In this document: positions 45,890 through 55,355 of the stretch, piece after piece
Numbering within the stretch: the stretch's first letter is position 1
How the letters are laid out: each line of letters begins with the position of its first letter
NCBI GenBank assembly: GCA_016933415.1
Contig: JAFGAX010000140.1
Span: forward strand, 1 to 58,403
Origin: a bacterium
Lineage (GTDB): Bacteria > Zhuqueibacterota > QNDG01 > DTFT01
Reading direction: 5' to 3'
DNA: 58,403 nucleotides
The notes under the pieces: generated by a model
The model's database searches: none
What the model was told of the DNA's origin: nothing
The model's input: only the letters and a program-made list of their open reading frames with translations
Program-made: the position numbers and the translations under genes

Positions 45890-48800
45890 TCATTTCACGA
45901 AGACCAGTTTCCGGACCGCGACCTTGTCCAGGAATTCTAGCCGGTAGAGATAGATGCCGCTGGCGGCGCGGAGTCCGCGGTCATCGGTTCCGTCCCACAT
46001 CTCTTCGTGGCTGCCCGTCTTCTCATCCCGGTCGACCAGCACCTTCACCCGCTGGCCCATCAAGTTGTACACGGTGAGCCGGACGCGGCCGTTTTTCGGG
46101 AGCGCATAACGGATCGACGTCACGGGATTGAAGGGATTCGGGTAGTTCTGGGAGAGTCCGAACGCCACCGGCCGCAGCGGAACCTCGCTCCTCGATTCGA
46201 CGAATTCCCGGCTTCCCGCGAGGAGCTGGAAACGCCTCACGTTCGGCACGGATCTGCCGGTTTCCAGGCGGATTCCGTCCTTCTCGGACAGACACACCGA
46301 CGTGCCTTCGTCCACGTCCACCAGATAGGCCACCCATCCCTCCGGAAGGGTCCGGCTCACGGACCAGGAGAGGTCCACGGTCCGTCCGGCCAGACGCGTT
46401 TCCAGGGTCAGGTCCCAGACATACCCGGGCGCACCGGGCTGACGGATGTCGGCTGCGTACGCTCCCGGATTTTCCGACCAGTCGGCGTGCGTGGTGTACA
46501 GGGAGACGTAATCGCCGATCGGGGGCGGCTCGACACGGTCCATGCCGTCCCAGGTTTCCAGCGCGGAAGCGCGGACGCCGAAGAAATTATCCAGGTCCTT
46601 GGCATCCGGCGTCTGTGCGGAAAGCTTCAGGACCCACTCGCCTTCCGCCAGTTCGTGCAGAACGCCGCGCTTGGTCAGCGCCTGGCCGCTTTTGGCCTTC
46701 CGGGGCGGCATATAAATCGTCGAGGGCGCGGTCCGGTTGTTGTAGACGAAATACCCCTTCCAGGGTTCCAGTGTCGGCCAGTCCAGCCGGTATCCGGTGC
46801 CGTCGTAGGCGTACAGCGTGCCGATCGCATCGGAAGACAGGGCGCAGTCGTCCCAGGACACCGGGAACGGGAACGGAGACCCGACCATGTTCCACTGGGC
46901 CTGAAGCGTCCGCCTCGCGGGCGACACCGGCACGCTCATGCCGCTGTCCACGTCAAAGGTCTTCGCAGCGGACGTGATGACCCAGTAGGCGCGGCCGGGC
47001 GTGAAGTTGAAGGACGCACTGTCCGCCTCGGACAGGGTGTCCGAATACTCGATGTACGCCGTGTCCTTCCACGCGAACATGCGCCATTCATAGGGATCGT
47101 AGGCGCCGAGGTCGTCGCGCAGCACGTCGCGCACCGACGGCCGGGTCAGATTGCCGGGCACGGAGACCATCGAATACTTCTTCGCCGGAAGCGTGATTTC
47201 CGGGATGAGGGACCGGAACCGCACGGCGACGGAAACGGGCCGGTTCACCGGATCGAAGACCGGCTGCGTGACCGACACGGTTCCCTTGGTCTTGCGGGCG
47301 TACAGTTCCAGGCCGGACGCAGTGACCGCAGCCGCCGGAACCGTGGCCCGGTACCGCATGCGGTCGCCCGTCGTGGTCTGAACCGAACTCCAGGCGGAAT
47401 CGCCGGTGGTCCGGTAGAAGAGCGTGATGGTTTTCTCGTCCGTGTCCGCGGCGACGTTCACGTCCACGATCTGGCTGGATCCCGCGACCGGCGTGCCCTG
47501 CACGCTCAATTCCATGCCGCTTCCGGCGAACAGGAATTCCCAGGGCCTGCGCGCGACGTCCGAGATGCGGAGTTCGTCGATGGAGCCCTCGAAATAATCC
47601 GTGAACTGATTGACGCCTGTCGGCCGGGCGCCGATGACCAGAGCGCGGAGCGTGCGGGCGTCGGACGTACTGCCGAGCCAGGGCCCCTGGAATTGGATGG
47701 ACCCGTCTACGTAGAGCGTCCCGCGAAGGACCGACGGGTCGTACACGAACGCGGCATGGTGCCAGGCGTTGTCGGCCACCCATCCGTTGCCCCGGCCGAA
47801 TCCCGTGACGGACAGAAGCCCGTCATCGTCGATGGACAGGCCCCACGGGGCCGCCCCGCTCTGCACGTCCATGTAGAAGATCGACTGGCCGATCGTGTCT
47901 GTTTTAAAGAAGCACTCGACGCTGTAGCTGTCGGACGCCGGATGAAAGATCGAGTCTTCATCTTCCTGGGAAGTCATGGGAACGGACACGAGCTGATTCG
48001 TCCCGTTAAAACGGAGCGCCAGGTCGGCGGCGGAGGAAGGCTTGAAGTAGCCGTCGACCCGGACCGGTTCGTTCACGGCGGTTCCGTTTAATTCGTTCCC
48101 GCTGGCATCGCTGACCGTCACGCCCGTTGTTTCATTGAAATGATACAGGGCCAGCGTGTGTTCGTCCGTTGTATACGGCACCTTGGCGCGGTAATCGACC
48201 GCGGTGGCGGCGATTGGAAGGGTTTTCGTGCGCTGGGTCGGATCGTTGCATGAGACGACCAGCGTATCCGGCTGGGATCCGGCCGCATTGGGCGTGAAGG
48301 TGACGGACACGTTGCGGCTTGCCCCCATCGGGATTTCGAACACCAGGGGTTCCACGCTGAAAACGTTCCGTTTCCACTGAATTCCCGTGATCTTCAAGGG
48401 CTGATCACCGGTGTTGAGTATCTGGAACGACGCCGTCTCGGACAAGCCGAGCAGGACCTGGGTGAACGACAGACCCGTCGTGGTCGAGTAATATTTCGGG
48501 CCGGTCACGTTGAACTCCCAGTACTGACGGGCCACCGAGGAAACCCGGAATTCATCGATGTAACCGTTGAAACCGTGATTGAGGCCGTAATTGCCGCCCA
48601 CGGCCACGGATTCGGAGGACGGCCTCAGGCCGCCGGTCAGGGCCGTGGAATCCACGCACACCCCGTTCATATACAGCCGCAGTTTGTTGAGATCCCACGA
48701 AAGGGCGACGTTGTAATAGGTGGCGTTCATCGTGGAGTCCGGCGGTCCGTACAGGACGACCGGCTGACCCTGGGCATTGTAGACCCGGGCCACCAGTCCC

Positions 48801-51800
48801 CGGCCTGGATTCAGGCTGTCGCCGTAGAGAATTTCGTACTGGCAGGAGGCGTTCCGGCCGCGCCGGACGAGCACGTCATAATCGCCCTCCGCCGGACGCG
48901 AAGTTGCGCGGAACCAGGTCTCGATCGTGAACGCCGAGGACGCAAAGTCCAACGCCGCATGATAGGGCAGTTCCATCCAGCCCGTGGTGCCGTCGAAATA
49001 CAGCGCGGAAGCGCCGTACCGCGGGAACAGGATGTTCCGGGACACGCCGGGCCTGCGCAGAAAACCGGTGAGGCCGCTGGCCGAGGTGTCCGTCACGGCG
49101 GTGTCGCCCCGAACCCAGTCCATGTGCCAGAGGCCGGTGGTGTATCCGTCGACCTCATAGTGTGTGACCGCGGTCTGCTCGTATCCCGTACCGGTCAGCA
49201 ATACGGAACGCAGTCCGCCGTTGACCGGGTCCGTGGACTGGATGTTCATCAGGGCGTTGAAGACGCCTGTGGACTGGGGCGAGAAGCGCACCTGCACCGT
49301 CACCCGGCCGCCGGGTCCGATGGCGAAAACGGAGGGCGACACTGTAAACTGCGGATTCGTGGTGCTGATGCCCGACACCCAGAGTTTTCCCGCGCCGCGG
49401 TTGCGGATTTCATAATACTGGACCCGGGAGTAACGGACCAGCACCTTCCCGAAGTTGACGCTTTCCGCGGCCAGCTGAATGCGGCCCGTGCTGACGTTGA
49501 ATTCCCACGCGTCCCGAGCGACTCCGGAAATGCGGAACTCGTCGATGTAACCGTCGAATCCGTTCTCGCCGTCCGCCGCGCCGAGCGTGCCGGTCAATCC
49601 GGTGTTCGGAATCGAGACGGCCACTTCCAGTGTGTCCACGGGATCGCCGTTGACGTAGAGAATCAGCCGGTTGTTCGTTTTGAACACCAGGGCCGCATGG
49701 TTCCAGTCGGAAGTCTGGAGCGCATGCACGGTGTCTGAAACGACCTCGACCGGCTCGCCCGCGACCGGCATGGTCAGGCCGTACACACCGCGCTTGGTGG
49801 CGGTCAGGTCCTTGACTCCCAGTTCGAAGATCGTGCGTTCACCCTGGGCCAGCCGGAAAATGGTTTTGCTGCCGGTCTGGGGCCGGACCGGGCGGAACCA
49901 GGTGTCGATCGTGAATCCCGTCGCTTCCGGAAGCCGGGCCGCGGAATCGAGTTTCACCTGCACCCGGTCGGAAGCCTCCAGTATCAGCGCTCCGCCGAAA
50001 CCGGCTTTCGCCGAGTCCGCGGAAAGGAGCCGGCCGCCGTAATTCCTTCCGTCCAGGTAGCCGTACATGGAGGAATCGGGCACAAGCGTGTCGCCCGGCA
50101 GGGTTTCCATCCGGTACAGCAGGTACGTGTAATAATCCGGCGTGTACGGCGCCAGGGGCGTGTCGCTGACGCCCAGACCCGTTACGCGCACGGTCACTTC
50201 AGAATTGTCCGCATCGCTGACAAGGGTCAGGATGTCATCGTAGAACTGGGCGGCCGTGGGATAAAAATAGACGCCCAGCGTATAGGACCGGTTCGGATAA
50301 ATCGTGATCGGCATGGCCGTGCCCGTTTTGAAATTGCCCGTCGCGGAACTCACGGACTGGATGTGCACGACCCGGGTGCCGGTGTTCTCGAGGTTGAGAT
50401 AGAGGGTGCGGGTCCGGTACTGAACCACGGTCCCGAATTCAAGAACGGACGACCGGGTCGCCAGATGGCCGGTGAAATTCGCCTTGAACAGATAGAGACC
50501 GGCTTCGCCGTCAGCCACGGCAATGGTATCGCCGGACAGATCAACGGCCGCGCTGAATCCCGCGGTATGGGCATATCCCACCTCGACCGGGGACTGGGAC
50601 ACGGAGAGAATCCGCACCGTGCCGTCTCCGTCGGCCAGGATCGCCGCGTCCCCGCTCATCCGGATATCGGCGGCCATGCCGGGCGTGTTGTAGGACATGC
50701 CGGTGACGGCGCGCGGCGCGCCGGCGTTCGTCACGTCATAGACGCGCATGCCGTTCACGCCGTCCGCGATGTACAGCGTCCGTGCGTCCGCGCCGAGGTC
50801 CGAGGCCTGGGAGTTGTTGGTGCCCTCGCAGGACGTCATCAGCGAGCGATCGTCCAGGTTGACCACCTGGACCGCCGCATCCGTTGAAACAAAGGCCACA
50901 TGCCGCGTTTCGTCCACTTCGATGGAACGGGCCGGAAGCGTGCCGAGGGAAACGGTCCCCAGGAAAGTCGGATGACGGGGATCGAGGATGTTGTAGATGT
51001 GCACGCCCCCGGATCCGCCGGCGATGACCGCGCGGTTCCCGTCAAAGGCCACGTCGTGCGCCTCGTCCGCGACGGGGATGTTGGCGAGCATGCGCGGGCT
51101 CTGCGGATTCCGGACGCTCATCACCTTGACCCCGTGGGGGCCGTTCGAGACAAGCAGCAGGGTGTCGCGGACCGCGACACCCTGGCAGTATTCAAGCGTG
51201 TCGACATGCGCCAGAACCGGAATATCCGTGAGGGTCGCGGCCGGCCGGTTCAGAATCCAGAGACCGGATTGGCGGCCCGCGGCGAACAGCACGTTCCCGC
51301 GGAAAGCCGCGTCGACAAAGGCATCGCCTGTCTGGACCGAACGGATCAGGGAGGGCTGCGGGTTGAAGACGTTCAGCATGAGCAGTCCGCCTCCGCAGTC
51401 GGACACGAAAGCGGTGTTGGGCGCCGTGCTCGGCATGCTGTGCGTGATCCGGAGAGCCGATCCGTCCGTCGCCAGGCCTGCGATCTCGTTCGGGACGTCG
51501 CTGACATCCAGCACGCGGACGCCGTACAGCGAATCGGCCAGATAAGCCCGGGAAGACTGGACGAACACGTCGGTGATCGCGACACGCTCCTCTTCCCCGG
51601 GAACCCAGGTGCGGTACACCGCCATGGCCGTGGGATTGGTGATGCTCACTTCGCTGAGCCCGCCGGCTCCGGCGGCCACATAGGCGATGGTCGGAGACAG
51701 AAAGAGCCGGGACGCGGCGCCCGAGAGACGGAGCGCGCCCAGGCGGATGATTTCACTGTCCTGGGTCACGTCGAGCGCCCAGATGCCCGCGGTGTCCGCG

Positions 51801-52375
51801 GCCACATAGGCGACGGTCCGAATGCCCCCGCCGCCAGCCCAGAGGTCGACCTTGACATCGCGGACGATGCGGTTGTTCAGGGTGAACACACCGACCGAAT
51901 ACGGGGAGACAGGGGACGCGACGTTGACGACGCGCAGACCGCCCGGTCCATCCGCGACATAGGCCCGGTTTTCCCACACGAACACGCCCATCGCCGTTCC
52001 GGGCGTGTCGTACGAACCCCTCAGAAAGGGGGCCGTCGGGCTGGAGATATCGACGATCTGCAGGCCGGCGCCGTTGCAGGCGACATACGCCTTCTGATCG
52101 ACGGCGTAGATGTCCTCAACGACATCCGGAAGCAGCAGGCTTCCCTTCTTCTCCAGGTACGGCAGGGTGCCCTTGACTTCGTAGATTTCGAGGTAGGCGC
52201 CGTTGCCCGCCAGCACGTAATTATCGGCCACATAAGCGGCGCGGTTCGGCCCGGAGGCATTCCGTCCGATTTCGGTCATGTTGAGCGTCTCCAACGTCTG
52301 CTGGGCGTTGGCCGGAAGCGCGAGTGCGGCCGCCGCCAAAACGGCCCACATCGCGAAAACGGTCGCTCTTTTCAT
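45890..52375 (-). CDS. Giant secreted protein B (2161 aa): LVIVD repeats + 3x(ASH/Ig + LamG) + unassigned domain + FlgD-Ig/T9SS-A-like CTD
   Basis: Start MKRATV after AAGGAG; same architecture as 35560..43143 with one fewer Ig+LamG unit; LSQNYPNPFNP...RKLVFVK. Confidence 0.88.
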   Translation of the reverse strand: MKRATVFAMWAVLAAAALALPANAQQTLETLNMTEIGRNASGPNRAAYVADNYVLAGNGAYLEIYEVKGTLPYLEKKGSLLLPDVVEDIYAVDQKAYVACNGAGLQIVDISSPTAPFLRGSYDTPGTAMGVFVWENRAYVADGPGGLRVVNVASPVSPYSVGVFTLNNRIVRDVKVDLWAGGGGIRTVAYVAADTAGIWALDVTQDSEIIRLGALRLSGAASRLFLSPTIAYVAAGAGGLSEVSITNPTAMAVYRTWVPGEEERVAITDVFVQSSRAYLADSLYGVRVLDVSDVPNEIAGLATDGSALRITHSMPSTAPNTAFVSDCGGGLLMLNVFNPQPSLIRSVQTGDAFVDAAFRGNVLFAAGRQSGLWILNRPAATLTDIPVLAHVDTLEYCQGVAVRDTLLLVSNGPHGVKVMSVRNPQSPRMLANIPVADEAHDVAFDGNRAVIAGGSGGVHIYNILDPRHPTFLGTVSLGTLPARSIEVDETRHVAFVSTDAAVQVVNLDDRSLMTSCEGTNNSQASDLGADARTLYIADGVNGMRVYDVTNAGAPRAVTGMSYNTPGMAADIRMSGDAAILADGDGTVRILSVSQSPVEVGYAHTAGFSAAVDLSGDTIAVADGEAGLYLFKANFTGHLATRSSVLEFGTVVQYRTRTLYLNLENTGTRVVHIQSVSSATGNFKTGTAMPITIYPNRSYTLGVYFYPTAAQFYDDILTLVSDADNSEVTVRVTGLGVSDTPLAPYTPDYYTYLLYRMETLPGDTLVPDSSMYGYLDGRNYGGRLLSADSAKAGFGGALILEASDRVQVKLDSAARLPEATGFTIDTWFRPVRPQTGSKTIFRLAQGERTIFELGVKDLTATKRGVYGLTMPVAGEPVEVVSDTVHALQTSDWNHAALVFKTNNRLILYVNGDPVDTLEVAVSIPNTGLTGTLGAADGENGFDGYIDEFRISGVARDAWEFNVSTGRIQLAAESVNFGKVLVRYSRVQYYEIRNRGAGKLWVSGISTTNPQFTVSPSVFAIGPGGRVTVQVRFSPQSTGVFNALMNIQSTDPVNGGLRSVLLTGTGYEQTAVTHYEVDGYTTGLWHMDWVRGDTAVTDTSASGLTGFLRRPGVSRNILFPRYGASALYFDGTTGWMELPYHAALDFASSAFTIETWFRATSRPAEGDYDVLVRRGRNASCQYEILYGDSLNPGRGLVARVYNAQGQPVVLYGPPDSTMNATYYNVALSWDLNKLRLYMNGVCVDSTALTGGLRPSSESVAVGGNYGLNHGFNGYIDEFRVSSVARQYWEFNVTGPKYYSTTTGLSFTQVLLGLSETASFQILNTGDQPLKITGIQWKRNVFSVEPLVFEIPMGASRNVSVTFTPNAAGSQPDTLVVSCNDPTQRTKTLPIAATAVDYRAKVPYTTDEHTLALYHFNETTGVTVSDASGNELNGTAVNEPVRVDGYFKPSSAADLALRFNGTNQLVSVPMTSQEDEDSIFHPASDSYSVECFFKTDTIGQSIFYMDVQSGAAPWGLSIDDDGLLSVTGFGRGNGWVADNAWHHAAFVYDPSVLRGTLYVDGSIQFQGPWLGSTSDARTLRALVIGARPTGVNQFTDYFEGSIDELRISDVARRPWEFLFAGSGMELSVQGTPVAGSSQIVDVNVAADTDEKTITLFYRTTGDSAWSSVQTTTGDRMRYRATVPAAAVTASGLELYARKTKGTVSVTQPVFDPVNRPVSVAVRFRSLIPEITLPAKKYSMVSVPGNLTRPSVRDVLRDDLGAYDPYEWRMFAWKDTAYIEYSDTLSEADSASFNFTPGRAYWVITSAAKTFDVDSGMSVPVSPARRTLQAQWNMVGSPFPFPVSWDDCALSSDAIGTLYAYDGTGYRLDWPTLEPWKGYFVYNNRTAPSTIYMPPRKAKSGQALTKRGVLHELAEGEWVLKLSAQTPDAKDLDNFFGVRASALETWDGMDRVEPPPIGDYVSLYTTHADWSENPGAYAADIRQPGAPGYVWDLTLETRLAGRTVDLSWSVSRTLPEGWVAYLVDVDEGTSVCLSEKDGIRLETGRSVPNVRRFQLLAGSREFVESRSEVPLRPVAFGLSQNYPNPFNPVTSIRYALPKNGRVRLTVYNLMGQRVKVLVDRDEKTGSHEEMWDGTDDRGLRAASGIYLYRLEFLDKVAVRKLVFVK

Positions 52376-52422
52376 CTTCGTCTCCTTTTGCATTCGGTGT
52401 CTGAAATCCGTTCGGAAAATGC

Positions 52423-53844
52423 CTAGCGCCGGCTCGGCGGGCTCGGGGGCCCGGGCAGAACCCAGCGGGTCGGCGTGTAGGGCGGCGCCGGCGCCGCGGG
52501 CAGTGCGCCCGGAAGGATGTTCGGCCCGCCCGCCGCCGCGAAATCGGTATCCGCCATGTCGCGCGCATCATTGCCCGGGAGAAAACCCGCATCCATCAGA
52601 AAGCCGAGCTCCTCGAGCCGGCCCGCGGTCGACACGCTGTAGAGACCGGCGGCCGCGCCGGTCACGGGGCCGCGGCCGGTTCCGGAAATCATGCGTTCGA
52701 CCACCGAGTTCATCGCGGCGAACTGCGAAGCGTGCGCGGCGCGATACACCGCCGGATCCGCCACCCAGTCCTGGGCCAGGAAGAAATCGGGATCCAGGGC
52801 CAGCGCTTTCCTGAAACTGCCCTGCGCCGACTCGAATTTGCCGGCATCCATGTCGTTCAACCCGTTACAGTAATGGATAAAAGCCTTGATATCCCGGGTG
52901 CCGGAGGCCGATATCAGCCTCTCCTGTTCCGCATTCAACCGGATGCCCATGTCCGCGATCAGGCGCCGGACCATCCGCTTTTCAAGAGCGATCAGATCCT
53001 GAAGCGCTCCCGTCATCTTGACATATTCCGGGGTTCTGGATTCGGAGACATACACCGAACCGACGCTCAACTCGATGCGCTGATTCGGGAGAATCTTGAA
53101 TGATCCTTTCACCAGCGTCCGGGAACCGAGCAGTCTGGCGACCTGGACCGACCGGCTGTCCTGGGCCATGGCCTGAACCGTCCAACCCATGGATTCCATG
53201 GTGCGCTGAACCTTATCGCGGTCCGCGACGAGAAGCGGCTCCACGCTGGACAGATCGTTGATGATCAGCTGGGCCAGTCCCTTCTGGAGGGGCGCCCAGG
53301 CGCTTTTCGAGAGATTCTGGAAGTAGAGGACGGCCACGGATTCCTTCGGAAGCGAGGCGAGATTGACCGACGCCTCATCGGCCGCGGCCTTCCGCGCGTT
53401 CTGGCCGGCCAGACGCCGGTCGCACCAGTGCGACCGCCAGCGGAGAAATTCCCGGTATGGATCGGACTGGTCGAGCAGGGCGTACCGGCGGTAGATTTCG
53501 CCCGCTTTGTCGAGCTTGTTCTGCGATTCATAACTGCCGCCGAGATAGTACAGCGCCTTGCCGTACTGGGGCGTCCTGCGGACCACCTGTCCGAGAACGC
53601 GCGCCGCCGTGTTGTAGCGCTTCATATGCCAGAGCACCACGCCGACCCCGGTCATGGCCTCGGGCTCATACGCGATCACCCGTTTGCCGTTCTGCATGCG
53701 GGGATTGAGCGCTTTGAGGTAGATCTGCAGCGCCTGCCTATATTCTTTTTGAGAAATATAAGTCTCGGCCTGCCGGTAAGGAGCGACCGCGCATCCCAGA
53801 AACACGGACGCGACGACCACTCCCACCACTCTCCAGCATTTCAT
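52423..53844 (-). CDS. TPR + CsgG/TolB-N/FlgO-like lipoprotein (module B)
   Basis: Lipobox VFLG-C; AVLYFQN...PLQKGLAQLIINDL...VADRDKV...GSRTLVKGSF; GFLPG and PGPPSPP tail; paralog of 43294..44667. Confidence 0.78.
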   Translation of the reverse strand: MKCWRVVGVVVASVFLGCAVAPYRQAETYISQKEYRQALQIYLKALNPRMQNGKRVIAYEPEAMTGVGVVLWHMKRYNTAARVLGQVVRRTPQYGKALYYLGGSYESQNKLDKAGEIYRRYALLDQSDPYREFLRWRSHWCDRRLAGQNARKAAADEASVNLASLPKESVAVLYFQNLSKSAWAPLQKGLAQLIINDLSSVEPLLVADRDKVQRTMESMGWTVQAMAQDSRSVQVARLLGSRTLVKGSFKILPNQRIELSVGSVYVSESRTPEYVKMTGALQDLIALEKRMVRRLIADMGIRLNAEQERLISASGTRDIKAFIHYCNGLNDMDAGKFESAQGSFRKALALDPDFFLAQDWVADPAVYRAAHASQFAAMNSVVERMISGTGRGPVTGAAAGLYSVSTAGRLEELGFLMDAGFLPGNDARDMADTDFAAAGGPNILPGALPAAPAPPYTPTRWVLPGPPSPPSRR

Positions 53845-53931
53845 AGGGCCTCCTAAGCTCCTGTGATTCCCCCTGAGGCGCGCGGCGAAACCCGAGAGGG
53901 AGATGTGTGAGGTTTGGCTGAAACGAATGCG

Positions 53932-54609
53932 TTATCTTGTTTTCGAAAGACGGCTCAGCCGGTCCTTCGCAGGCCCGAAATCGGGCTCCATGGCCAGGGC
54001 TTTCCGATAGCATTCCGCGGCGCGGACTGCATCGCCCCGATCTTCGAATTCGACCCCCTTGGAAAACTGGGTGAGCGCGTCAAGGCTGACGTTTCCCGGC
54101 GGCCGGTCATCAGGCGCCGTCAGCCTGAGTTCAAGATCCTTGAGCACCTTGCGGCTCAGCTTGCGCACGAGGGAAAGCACGTCGCGGGTTTTTCCGGTCG
54201 CCTCTCCCGCCTGCAGGGTGAGCCCGGTCTCCACTTCCACGATGCGCACATCCATCCGCATCTTGCCGTCCGGCATGACCAGGTAACCGCCGAATACCAG
54301 GTTCTGCGCGCCGGCCATCCGCCCCACCTGGACGACGTTTTCTTCGTCCGTGACGCCCGCCTGGGCCAGTTTCAACTCGTCCACCAGGCGCTGGAGTTTT
54401 CGCCGCTCGACAATGCGGACGGAAGGACAGCGGCCGAGCTCCGTGGCCATCATCTGGCCGAGGCCTTTGGACAGGGGCTGAACTGCCTCCGAATTGAAAA
54501 AGCTGTTGTTTTCGAAATCCAGAACGGCCAGCGTCCGGACTGGTTCCGAAGCCTGGACGCGAAACGTCAGGAAAGTCGCAAGAAGAAGGAAAAAAGGAAC
54601 AACTCGCAT
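53932..54609 (-). CDS. Short soluble CsgG/TolB-N/FlgO-like protein with a C-terminal TPR
   Basis: SPI-type signal with no lipobox Cys; LAVLDFEN...PLSKGL...IVERRKLQRLVDEL...GAQNLVFGGY...RIVEVETG; AAECYRKALAMEPDF. Confidence 0.78.
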   Translation of the reverse strand: MRVVPFFLLLATFLTFRVQASEPVRTLAVLDFENNSFFNSEAVQPLSKGLGQMMATELGRCPSVRIVERRKLQRLVDELKLAQAGVTDEENVVQVGRMAGAQNLVFGGYLVMPDGKMRMDVRIVEVETGLTLQAGEATGKTRDVLSLVRKLSRKVLKDLELRLTAPDDRPPGNVSLDALTQFSKGVEFEDRGDAVRAAECYRKALAMEPDFGPAKDRLSRLSKTR

Positions 54610-54662
54610 TGGATTCCGGCTCCAAAAATAGTCAACCATCTGAAACCAATTGAGTTAGCTAT

Positions 54663-54691
54663 ACTTTAATAAAAATTTACATCTTTGTCAA
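54663..54691 (-). promoter_or_regulatory. Near-consensus sigma70 promoter of the 20 kb operon
   Basis: TTGACA-17 nt-TAAAGT in AT-rich DNA about 55 nt upstream of the first gene. Confidence 0.65.
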
Positions 54692-54901
54692 GAAATATTT
54701 TAATTCCATCAAATCCGAATGATTCGATCCGTTTTCTGCAATTGTCGTGCCCTGAGCCGTACATTTATTTAATCGTCTTAATTTCAAATGATTATACCTG
54801 TTCCACAGATAGCCAATCCGGCCGACGGTCTTTCGAATGGCTGATTCTGAACCACTTTCATTATTGCATTGCAGACTCATTTCTGAAACGGGATGTCGAA
54901 T

Positions 54902-54938
54902 AAAAAAAGCCCGTCCCTGCATCATGCGGAGACGGGCT
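54902..54938 (-). terminator. Rho-independent terminator for arsR
   Basis: AGCCCGTC...GACGGGCT stem with A7 on the left (U7 on the minus strand). Confidence 0.75.
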
Positions 54939-54960
54939 GACCAATTCATGAAATTCCGAT

Positions 54961-55257
54961 TTACAGGATATCCCTGAACGATTTCATGATGCGGATGAAT
55001 TTGGGATCCACCAGCTTATAATAGATCTGAGTTCCTTCGCGCCGATTCGTCAGATAGCCGTTGGATTTGAGGAATTTCAGCTGCTGGGAGATGTAGGACT
55101 GTTTGGCGCCGAGCATTTCCTGGATTTCCCCCACCCGGCGCTCCCCTTCCGTCAGGATGCAAAGGATTTTCAGACGCGTTGTGTTGGAGACCATCCGCAG
55201 GAAAGGAATGACCTTTTCACATTCCTTTATCTTATTTTTAACCTGAGGGTCGACCAT
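54961..55257 (-). CDS. ArsR/SmtB-family transcriptional regulator
   Basis: 98 aa; SNTTRLKILCILTEGERRVGEI...QSYISQQLKFLK...RREGTQIYY. Confidence 0.9.
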   Translation of the reverse strand: MVDPQVKNKIKECEKVIPFLRMVSNTTRLKILCILTEGERRVGEIQEMLGAKQSYISQQLKFLKSNGYLTNRREGTQIYYKLVDPKFIRIMKSFRDIL

Positions 55258-55310
55258 GTTTCCTCCTTGCTTGTTTCAGGCGTCGCCCGATTTATTTGTT
55301 AGCCGTCGAC

Positions 55311-55339
55311 AATATAAGGGTTCCCGATTGTTTAGTCAA
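55311..55339 (-). promoter_or_regulatory. Putative sigma70 promoter for arsR
   Basis: TTGACT-17 nt-TATATT. Confidence 0.65.
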
Positions 55340-55355
55340 GCAAAAAAATTAGTAT

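Noticed and set aside
34355-52375. SusC/SusD PUL, two-partner secretion or autotransporter
   Set aside because: The barrels are about 390 aa with no TonB plug or POTRA domains, the giants end in a PNPFN CTD rather than a barrel, and they have no TPS domain.
43294-54609. A curli (type VIII) operon
   Set aside because: CsgG-like domains are present, but there are no curlin-repeat CsgA/B, CsgE or CsgF genes, and the proteins carry TPRs that are absent from canonical CsgG.
54677-54949. 90-aa and 72-aa ORFs between arsR and the operon
   Set aside because: They span a terminator and a promoter in AT-rich DNA and have no motifs; likely spurious.
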